Below are positions 56,885 through 64,000 of a stretch of 64,000 bases of DNA, piece after piece. A model generated the notes under the pieces. It did no database searches. It was not told where the DNA came from and was given only the letters and a program-made list of their open reading frames with translations. The DNA is from a virus. Numbering within the stretch: the stretch's first letter is position 1; each line of letters opens with the position of its first letter. The DNA lies in IMG/VR virus record IMGVR_UViG_3300037010_002464; one strand, written 5' to 3'. A program made the position numbers and the translations under genes.

Positions 56885-57240
56885 GGTTGGTTAGGGTTTT
56901 AGGGAGGTGGCCTATGATATAGGTATGGGCTAGGTCAACGGTAGCAAGGATGTTTTGAATCGGCTGATCGACCCTGAAAAAGCCTGAGCTGGTGACCTTT
57001 ACGGCTATCCGCTCAACTTCGCGAAGGTTTAGCGCGTTAACCGCGATGTCTGAAACCACAGCCGCCGAGATGATGTAGTCGCCGACTCGTGTGCAGCTTA
57101 ACACTGACACGCATGAGGTTGCCCTGCTGCTTAGCGGAGCTCGTGTTGACGCGCCGATTTGCTTAAGGGAAGTATCTATCCCTGAGTCGACTAGCAGCTG
57201 CTGCAGCTTGAGGGCCACAGCGCTTCTGGCTCTTGACCGG
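56885..57240 (-). pseudogene. LKLQQ-family remnant
   Basis: RARSAVALKLQQLLVDSG without an MKL start; frame runs into the glutaredoxin gene. Confidence 0.45.
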
Positions 57241-57283
57241 GACTATCCCGGACATGTACTCGCGCTGCAGTTCAAGCTCGTAG

Positions 57284-58372
57284 TCAGAGAGTCGGGAGTG
57301 TGCTGAGGTCAAGCTCATCGTCGAGGGCTCCGATGACGTAAGCGGTGGACTCGTTCTCCTGCAGCGCGGTCTGCTTCATCGAGGTGTTCGAGTGCTTGTT
57401 GAACCAGGGCAGCGGGTTGCTCTTCGGCACCACCGCGGTGTACTTGACGCCGATGGCCTTCAGCACGTCAATGGCTGTCCAATCCACGAAGTCCTTCATG
57501 ATCTGTGCATTCAAGCCTATGACCACGCCCTTCTTGAACAGGTAGTCAGCCCAAGCCTTCTCCTCAGCGATCACGTCGAGGTAAAGTTGGTAGGCCTTGT
57601 CCTTGCAGCGCTCCTTGGCGGCTTTGAACCGGTCATCATCCTTAACGCATTGGTTGATGATGTAGGCGGTCCAGTCCTTGTGCAGCAGCTCATCCTGCAG
57701 GATCAGGCTGATGATGTTGCCGTTGCCGATGAAGATCTTGTTCTCAACCATGCCGAGGCTGGTTGCGAATGAAACCATGAAACGGATCGCCTCGAGCGCG
57801 TAGCTGGCGTTAAGGGCCATCCAGATGGCGTCGACATGCAGCTCTTCATGCACATGTTGGCCGGTAGCGATCAGCGAATTAAGCCGATGAAGCTCATCAT
57901 AGTGCTCGCCGATCCTGGCAGCCATCTGCACGATCTCGACCGTGTCATGGATCTTGTTGAACTCATCCTTGGGCTGGCCGTAGATGTTACGGATGATCCA
58001 GCTGTAGGCCTTCGAGTGGATGTTCGCCTCGAAGAAACCCCAGTTGTTGAACAACAGCTCAAGCTCAGGGATCGAAGCGATCGGTGTAAAGACCTGAGTT
58101 GGGCCTCGGCCCTGGATCGAATCGAGCGCTGTTTGCCGAAGGAGGTTACTCGTGAAGATGTGCCGAACGGCATCAGATGCCTCCTTAAAGTCGGTCTTGT
58201 CCTTCATTAAGGTGATTTCCTGCGGGCGCCAGAAAAACCCCTCCGCCGTGTCATTGAACTTCTCGATCTTTGGGTAGCGAACCTCCTCGAAGCGCTGAAC
58301 GGTCACGCGACCGTCAAGGAACATCCGGCGGCTCAGGTAGTTTGTTGGCTTAGAAAAGTCGTAAGTGCTCAT
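57284..58372 (-). CDS. nrdB: Ribonucleotide reductase class Ia beta subunit
   Basis: FFWRPQE, QTALDSIQGR, E-NIHS-AY, LEAIRF-VSF, DE-LH, TALQE-E--AY. Confidence 0.97.
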   Translation of the reverse strand: MSTYDFSKPTNYLSRRMFLDGRVTVQRFEEVRYPKIEKFNDTAEGFFWRPQEITLMKDKTDFKEASDAVRHIFTSNLLRQTALDSIQGRGPTQVFTPIASIPELELLFNNWGFFEANIHSKAYSWIIRNIYGQPKDEFNKIHDTVEIVQMAARIGEHYDELHRLNSLIATGQHVHEELHVDAIWMALNASYALEAIRFMVSFATSLGMVENKIFIGNGNIISLILQDELLHKDWTAYIINQCVKDDDRFKAAKERCKDKAYQLYLDVIAEEKAWADYLFKKGVVIGLNAQIMKDFVDWTAIDVLKAIGVKYTAVVPKSNPLPWFNKHSNTSMKQTALQENESTAYVIGALDDELDLSTLPTL

Positions 58373-58738
58373 ACGAAGATATTGTCGGTGAAGAATCGGG
58401 CTACATCGCTAGCGTCAGCAAATGAAGGCGTGTCGGTGTAGAGGTAGTCGGTGGGGGTCAAGGGAGTCAGGATCGCTGGCTCGACACTGATACAAATCTC
58501 ATTTTCATGGTTGTCAGGGGACATGCACCATGTAGCGAGTTTGCACATACGGCTTTATCGGGCCGTTGATGAGCACGAACACGCAAACATTTGTGATGTC
58601 ACCGATGTTGGTCTTTGCGATCTACCAAGTCAGCTTGCTCGAGACCTCGTAGCCTGCATCAATGAGCAGCTGCTGGAGCCTGAGAGCCTCTTGCCTGGTG
58701 TTCCAGCCCTCAAGCAGGCTCTTGAAGTAGCTGATCAC
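58369..58738 (-). pseudogene. LRLQQ-family gene, interrupted
   Basis: MISYFKSLLEGWNTRQEALRLQQLLIDAGYE..TW then TAG at 58624; a second-frame tail ends overlapping the nrdB ATG. Confidence 0.55.
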
Positions 58739-59070
58739 AGTAGCCGTGCGTGAGCAAACGAGATCGCGATGTCGGACTTCGTCCGCAGGTCAAGCGACTC
58801 AAACGAACAGCAGTGGAGGTACCAGCACTCGCCCGTACCCAGGTCAACCTCCATGTCAAAGACGTTGTCATGCTCGTAAGCCTCAGCGATGGCCTCATTG
58901 GTGTCTTCGAAGCCGGCAATCGCCAATGCCCATCGCGGATTGGTCAGGTTCATAACACGCCCATCAGGCGATGCCTCGGTCGGAGGAATCATGACCTCTT
59001 GCTCGTCATATTCCATGGACGGACGCGACATGTAAGTAACAGTCGCTTTTAGCTTAGGAAGGGATGTCAT
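58735..59070 (-). CDS. Hypothetical protein
   Basis: ATGA-coupled to nrdA. Confidence 0.6.
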   Translation of the reverse strand: MTSLPKLKATVTYMSRPSMEYDEQEVMIPPTEASPDGRVMNLTNPRWALAIAGFEDTNEAIAEAYEHDNVFDMEVDLGTGECWYLHCCSFESLDLRTKSDIAISFAHARLL

Positions 59071-61391
59071 AGTTTGCACGTCTCGCAATCATCTTCGAGC
59101 TCTAGCTCGGGAGTGGGTGTCATGGATGGGGCGACCTCAGCGTCAGCCTTGGCACCTTGCTTGTCAATCAGGCTGTAGTAGAAGGTCTTCAAGCCCCACT
59201 TGTAGCCCTTCATCAGGTTGCCGATGACCAGGTTAACAGGGACCTTGCGGTCCTTCTTCGGGTCATCGCTTCGGAAGAATTTCGGGTTGTAGAACGTGTT
59301 GGTGCTGATGGATTGATCGGTGTAAGCCGCAATGACCGCCACCGTTTTGAGGTACTGGATGCAGTCGGTCTGTTCCCACATCAGCTGATAGCGGTTCTTC
59401 AGCTTCGAGTACTCAGGCACCACCTGGATCAGCAGCGAGCCCTTGGACTCCTTGATCGAGATGAGGGCCATCGGCATCTCAACGCCGTTGGTTGAGTTGA
59501 TGACCACGGAGGAGCTCTCAACCGGCGCCACCGCGCTGTTAGTAGCACAGCGCACGCCGTGCTGTAGCATGCGGTCGCGCAACGGCTCCCAATCAATCTC
59601 AGGCGAGAAGTCGGTCAGCTCGTTGACGCCGAAAGCTCGACGCTCCCAAGGGAAGACGCCGTGGCCGTAGTAGGTATGCTGTGAGCGAGTGCATGCGCCG
59701 CGCTCTTCAGCCAGGTCAACGGAAGCTTCTGTCAGGAAGTAGACCTGCTGCTCCATCCAACGCTTGACCTCGCCTAGGGCTTCATCATCACCGTACTTGA
59801 AGTTGCGCTTAGCGTGCCAGTAAGCCAAGTTGGTGATGCCGACGCCTAACGGCCTGAACTCAAGGTTGGACAGTTCAGACTGGACGGACAGGAAGTCCTG
59901 GTAGGAGAGCAGGTTGTCAAGCGAGCGGACCAGCACGCGGCAAGCGCGCTTCATGTCCTCCGGGTTGCGGAAGGCACCCCAGTTGATCGAGCCCAAGGTG
60001 CACAGCGCGATCCGACCGTTCGGGTCATCAACGCGTTGGAAGGCGCGAGTCGGCAGCAGGATCTCTTGACAGAGGTTGGACTGGTAGATCGGGTCGAGCG
60101 TGGTGTCAAACGGGCCTTGCTTCTGCACGTTGTCGACGAACATCATGTAGATGCGACCGGTGTCGGTGCGCTCCTTGATGAAGAGCGCGCGGACAACCTG
60201 GTCAGCCGTCAGCACCTTCTTGGTAATGTCGGTACGACGTTCAGCCTCTACGTACAGCTTGTCGAAGAGGTCGATGTCCGAGTAGAAGGCCTCATACAGC
60301 TCGGGGACTTGGCTCGGGTCAAACAGCGTAATCGTGCCTTGGCTCAACAGGCGCTTCCAGAATAAGCCTGACAGCGCAACGCTGTAGTCCATGTGGCGGA
60401 CACGAGTCTCGTCGGTGCCTTGGTTGTTCTTCAGGACGATCAGGTCTTCAAACTGCGCGTGCCAGATCGGGAAGGTGACCGTAGCCGAAGCGTTGCGGAT
60501 GCCGCCTTGCGAGCATGAACGGAGGTCAGCGAACCACTTCTTGAGAAACGGAACCAGACCAGTGTGCTTGATCTCACCGCCTCGGATTGCGGCTCCCAAC
60601 GGGCGGATCCTACCAACTTCGAGGCCGATTCCTGCCCGCTTTGAGGCGTAGTCGGCCATCATTTCACCCGCCGCAAAGATGCTCTTCAGAGTGTCGTCGG
60701 ACTTGATGAGAACGCAGGAGCTGAACTGCTTGGTCGGGGTGCCGAGGCCGGCGAGCACCGGCGTGGCCAGCGTGAACAGGCCGTCGGAGCCGCAGTTGTA
60801 GTAGTCCTTGACCCAGCGCATCCGCACGTTCTTGGCTTCAGCGTGGAAGGCCGTAGCGCCCGCAACTGCATAGCGGACCTGCGGGGTCTCGTACATCTTG
60901 CCGGTCACCCTGTTGCGCACCAAGTACTTGTCGATAAGCTGCTCGATGGCCGCGTACGAGTAGTCCTCATCCTTCTCATGGTCAATGAAGGAGCCGATCT
61001 GGTCCCACTCCTCCTTCGTGTACCACTCGAGGAGGTCCTTGGTGTAGACGCCGGCCGCAACATTGGTGACCACAATGTCGTAGAGGCTAGGCGGCGTGTA
61101 CCTGCCGTAGACCTCCTTGCGCAGGGTCGAGACCCGAAGCCGACCTGCTACGTACTGATAGTTGACATGCCCAACCGGGTCGGTAATCAAGTTGACCGCT
61201 GAACGGATCAGCAGCTCGTCAATGGTCGTGGTCTCAATGCCATCAAAGAGCTCAATGTTGGCCCGCATCTCAACCAAGGATTGGGACACGTCCGCGATGC
61301 CTGCGCAGGCCATCGCTACTTGCTTTTGGATCTTCTCAATCTGAAGCGGTACCCGCACCCCAGTGCGTTTGATCACCGTTATCTTTGTCAT
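59067..61391 (-). CDS. nrdA: Ribonucleotide reductase class Ia alpha subunit
   Basis: ATP cone, TPVL, QFSSC, SQGG-R, SNLCQEI, LCTL, GLKT-YY, C-terminal CETC. Confidence 0.97.
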   Translation of the reverse strand: MTKITVIKRTGVRVPLQIEKIQKQVAMACAGIADVSQSLVEMRANIELFDGIETTTIDELLIRSAVNLITDPVGHVNYQYVAGRLRVSTLRKEVYGRYTPPSLYDIVVTNVAAGVYTKDLLEWYTKEEWDQIGSFIDHEKDEDYSYAAIEQLIDKYLVRNRVTGKMYETPQVRYAVAGATAFHAEAKNVRMRWVKDYYNCGSDGLFTLATPVLAGLGTPTKQFSSCVLIKSDDTLKSIFAAGEMMADYASKRAGIGLEVGRIRPLGAAIRGGEIKHTGLVPFLKKWFADLRSCSQGGIRNASATVTFPIWHAQFEDLIVLKNNQGTDETRVRHMDYSVALSGLFWKRLLSQGTITLFDPSQVPELYEAFYSDIDLFDKLYVEAERRTDITKKVLTADQVVRALFIKERTDTGRIYMMFVDNVQKQGPFDTTLDPIYQSNLCQEILLPTRAFQRVDDPNGRIALCTLGSINWGAFRNPEDMKRACRVLVRSLDNLLSYQDFLSVQSELSNLEFRPLGVGITNLAYWHAKRNFKYGDDEALGEVKRWMEQQVYFLTEASVDLAEERGACTRSQHTYYGHGVFPWERRAFGVNELTDFSPEIDWEPLRDRMLQHGVRCATNSAVAPVESSSVVINSTNGVEMPMALISIKESKGSLLIQVVPEYSKLKNRYQLMWEQTDCIQYLKTVAVIAAYTDQSISTNTFYNPKFFRSDDPKKDRKVPVNLVIGNLMKGYKWGLKTFYYSLIDKQGAKADAEVAPSMTPTPELELEDDCETCKL

Positions 61392-61476
61392 TTGTCTGTA
61401 GCTAGAAGAGTAAAATGCCGCTATGATATTGTAATCACGGCGGCATTTGCGAGGCTAATTAGCCTGGTAGAATTAG

Positions 61477-61560
61477 GTGTAGCTGCAGCGAGGGTAAATC
61501 ATTTCGGTCTGCATTGCACTTAGCGTGAGCAGCTTTTCTCAAGAATGCTTGCAGCTACAC
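61477..61560 (-). ncRNA. Candidate ~85-nt late small RNA or nrdA leader
   Basis: 13-bp terminal stem GTGTAGCTGCA(A)GC/GCTGCAGCTACAC beginning 3-4 nt after TAAATA. Confidence 0.5.
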
Positions 61561-61580
61561 TTGTATTTACTAGTCAGCTT

Positions 61581-61814
61581 TCAAAGGACGTCAAATTCCG
61601 CTTGAGCTTGCTCGCGCCGACCGGTCATGATCTCGATCATCAGGTCAACGACCCGGTTGTACCCCTCATCGCCGAGGTAGGCGATCTTGACTTGCTGCGG
61701 GTACATGTAACTGTTCCGGTCCCGAATGTTCCGCATGCTATTGATCTCGGTCTCGAGGTCATCGATGAGGCCTTGGAGGCCGACGGCTTTCTTCAACAGC
61801 TCAGCGTTCATCAC
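61581..61814 (-). CDS. Small coiled-coil protein, paralog of 61811..62074
   Basis: Shared MN-E-L--A--L...A---F--L frame. Confidence 0.65.
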   Translation of the reverse strand: MMNAELLKKAVGLQGLIDDLETEINSMRNIRDRNSYMYPQQVKIAYLGDEGYNRVVDLMIEIMTGRREQAQAEFDVL

Positions 61815-62074
61815 AAGTCCCTGAAGCCTTCCTTGGCACGGCCGAGCTTCAGCTCATACAGCGTACGTACCTTCTCGAGCGCAGCGATGAAGAACTCCTT
61901 GCCCACCTTGCCAAGCTCGAGGTTGAAGTTGACGTCGATTGACATTTGCGGATCGAAGACTTCAGGTTGGCGCTTGGCGCATTCTAGAGCTTCATCAAGG
62001 CGGCGGATATTGACCGATTGACAGTTAATCTCTTCCTTGAGGGCGAGGGCTTCAGCGAGGGTTTCGTTATTCAT
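61811..62074 (-). CDS. Small coiled-coil protein
   Basis: Tandem paralog with overlap coupling. Confidence 0.65.
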   Translation of the reverse strand: MNNETLAEALALKEEINCQSVNIRRLDEALECAKRQPEVFDPQMSIDVNFNLELGKVGKEFFIAALEKVRTLYELKLGRAKEGFRDL

Positions 62075-62354
62075 AGTTTAGCAGCTGTTTTGGTGGGTTA
62101 AGCAGTTCTAGAAGCACGTCGCCGTGGCATGCCTTAGGCGCACAGTGGCAAACAAGCCACTTGCCGCGAAGCTCTTCAAGCTGTCCTAGGAGCTCTGGGT
62201 TATTCAACAGGTAGGTGCGGTACTTTTCGATGACTACCGTCCTCGTGCCGTCCTGGCCAAGGATGAACGGGTTGCCCCACTTCCCGGGCCGCCCGATATA
62301 GACCGAGTTGAGGGGCGCGGGCCCATCCTTCAAGTTTACTAGCGAGCGGCTCAT
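62067..62354 (-). CDS. DUF4326-family protein
   Basis: VYIGRP-KWGNPF, R--VIEKY, EL-GK-L-C-CAP-ACHGDVL. Confidence 0.85.
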   Translation of the reverse strand: MSRSLVNLKDGPAPLNSVYIGRPGKWGNPFILGQDGTRTVVIEKYRTYLLNNPELLGQLEELRGKWLVCHCAPKACHGDVLLELLNPPKQLLNYE

Positions 62355-62601
62355 GCGGTGTATACGGGTGGTGCTTAGGCTTGATATCAAGCAAGGGTAC
62401 ATAAGGGCAATAGAAATAGCCGTCGGCTATCGGGCCATCTTTTGCCTTGTACCCTAATGCTACTATCTCTTCAAGAGCTTCCTCGATTGCTTCAGCTGCC
62501 GCTCGAGCAATTTCCTCGCTCAAGATCCTAGCAATTTCGTCCTCGAGATCCAGGCCATGCTCTTGCTGCTCTTGCTTTAGATCTTGCACCTGCTCGTCCA
62601 A
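62200..62601 (-). CDS. Small protein with major-capsid (gp23-like) motifs
   Basis: QDLK...HGLD-E-EIA-IL-EEI and GYFYCPYVPL. Confidence 0.55.
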   Translation of the reverse strand: MDEQVQDLKQEQQEHGLDLEDEIARILSEEIARAAAEAIEEALEEIVALGYKAKDGPIADGYFYCPYVPLLDIKPKHHPYTPHEPLASKLEGWARAPQLGLYRAAREVGQPVHPWPGRHEDGSHRKVPHLPVE

Positions 62602-62662
62602 TTAGCCTTAAGCTTACGCGGAGCCACTTCGATTGACCAGGAGCTTATGCTGAAGGTTGACA

Positions 62663-63898
62663 TCAGAAGCTAATCAGCTTGCTCTCGCCGTTGATCTTAT
62701 CAACGGTATGCTTGAAGTTGTTCTGCCAGACCACGTCGCCGTCGGTAAACGGTAGCCGACCTTCGAGGTAGTCAACCACACCGCGAGTCATGTCCGAAGC
62801 CGTGCAGACTGGGACATTCTGGCAGATGTGGTTGATGGTCTTCGTCACGAGGTTGAAGTCGTTTGGCAGGGCCATCATGTGCAGGCACTCACGGATGGTC
62901 AGCGAGCGGTGCTCATACGGGTGAGCCGCATCGGTGGTCCGACCGATCAGGGCGTTGAAGTTGACCTCAGGTAGGAAGATGGACGGCGAGTCGTCCCAGA
63001 TGCCCTTGTCCTCAACAAACATCTTGTGATGGATGCGGTCAAAGTAGGCCGCGGCGCGCGGGTCAGCCGCAGCTTGCGCAGGCTCGGAATACCAGTCACG
63101 CATCTCTTTTGGCCGCTCGGGAGCCTTCGGGTCCTTCAACACAAAGTCTTGAACGGTCACCATCGTCTTGCCCTGCTCACGCATCCGCTCACGGATCACG
63201 TCAGGGAAGCCTTCGCCGAAGCGTGCGTGGGCAAACTTGGCGAAGCGAGTGGAGCGCAGCTGCTTGTAGGCGCGTTCCTTGTCGTCATCATGCTGGGTAG
63301 CGCCGGCCGGGATCTGAGCCATATACTCGCCCCAGGTTGGAGCCTGCTTGTGGTAGTACGGCATGACCGGCACGCGGCCTTGCTCGCGCCAGAAGAAGTA
63401 GAACGTGCGGTGACGCCGTTGCGGCACTCCATGCAGGTGGGTGCTGGTGAAGTAGAACGACATCGTGTAGCCGTTGTCGTCGGCGATCTGCTTGAGGCGC
63501 TCACGGACAGACTCGCCGAGCTTGCTCTCATACATCGCAGGAGCGTTCTCGCCCCAAAAGACCTTCGGCTTTAGCGTGCCGAGCACGTGCTTCGCTGAGG
63601 CAAACATCCAGCTGTTGGCGTTCTCACGCATCGTCGCATCGCCGGTGCCCAGCGTGGACAGGCCGGCACACGGGCAGAGAGCCGTGATGAAGTCAGCACC
63701 GGCGAGAGCAGCTTGGTCGCCGCCGTCATCCAGCACCTCATAAGGAACCTGCGGCATGTAAGCGCGGAGGTTCTTCTCATTGTCGGCGAAGGCCTTGTAG
63801 GTCAGCAATGCTTCAGGATCATAACCTAGCACGTTCCTCGCGGCAATCGTGTTCCCACCGATAAGAGGGACAATACTGCCGTATCGGTATATAGTCAT
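62663..63898 (-). CDS. DNA cytosine-5 methyltransferase (phage type)
   Basis: CPCAGLS (IV), GENAP (VI), HGVPQ-R-R (VIII), R-LTIRE (IX), QNVP (X). Confidence 0.85.
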   Translation of the reverse strand: MTIYRYGSIVPLIGGNTIAARNVLGYDPEALLTYKAFADNEKNLRAYMPQVPYEVLDDGGDQAALAGADFITALCPCAGLSTLGTGDATMRENANSWMFASAKHVLGTLKPKVFWGENAPAMYESKLGESVRERLKQIADDNGYTMSFYFTSTHLHGVPQRRHRTFYFFWREQGRVPVMPYYHKQAPTWGEYMAQIPAGATQHDDDKERAYKQLRSTRFAKFAHARFGEGFPDVIRERMREQGKTMVTVQDFVLKDPKAPERPKEMRDWYSEPAQAAADPRAAAYFDRIHHKMFVEDKGIWDDSPSIFLPEVNFNALIGRTTDAAHPYEHRSLTIRECLHMMALPNDFNLVTKTINHICQNVPVCTASDMTRGVVDYLEGRLPFTDGDVVWQNNFKHTVDKINGESKLISF

Positions 63899-64000
63899 AT
63901 ATTTCTGCTTAACAAATATACCATCTGGTATACAAAATTGTTGATCGTGCTAAGACTCGATCAAACAGTGGATATGTTGAAAACCATCATGTAATCCCAC

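Noticed and set aside
59067-61391. Introns or inteins in nrdA, nrdB, polymerase or helicase
   Set aside because: ORFs are continuous and of expected size, with no splice-junction motifs.
63900-64000. Palindromes in the AT-rich right edge as a replication origin
   Set aside because: Truncated by the window end; equally consistent with a promoter or terminator upstream of the methylase.
1-64000. Prophage or bacterial chromosome context
   Set aside because: No integrase, att site or host housekeeping synteny; host-like genes are interspersed with phage genes and phage-type promoters.

Overview
The window is a 64-kb segment of a large, GC-rich, T4-related (jumbo-type) lytic phage genome. Spanins indicate a Gram-negative host. 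It carries a T4-like replication set (family B DNA polymerase, primase, DnaB-family helicase, RNase H/5'-3' nuclease, probable clamp, DsbA-like protein), class Ia ribonucleotide reductase (nrdA/nrdB) with glutaredoxin, PhoH, ClpP and HslV-like proteases and a cytosine methylase. It also has a lysis set (holin, two spanins, GH108 endolysin, secreted transglycosylase), a more AT-rich tail/receptor-binding block (47.7-56.6 kb) and four free-standing homing endonuclease genes, two of them decayed. Two promoter classes are visible: a T4-late-like TAAATA box, often only 4-8 nt from the start codon, and sigma70-like TTTACA-N17-TA(C)AAT. Main leads: (1) a dispersed family of about 12 small proteins sharing an MKLxxLLE...L(K/R)LQQxxID tag fused to unrelated bodies, several decaying, which may be a capsid-cargo addressing system; (2) three candidate structured ncRNAs (25666-25960, 61477-61560, 7741-7895), two starting right at a late promoter; (3) a tRNA-repair/ribosome-rescue cluster (CCA enzyme, Thg1, 2H phosphoesterase, metallophosphoesterase, macro domain, and an ArfA missing from the ORF track that is in frame with an ACP across one UGA); (4) a RimK-RimB fusion with candidate EEE-tailed substrates; (5) a mini-protein built from two conserved motifs of the T4-type major capsid protein; (6) a desaturase/dioxygenase/PP-loop/GNAT modification operon. 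All calls come from motifs read by eye; no database search or folding program was run.
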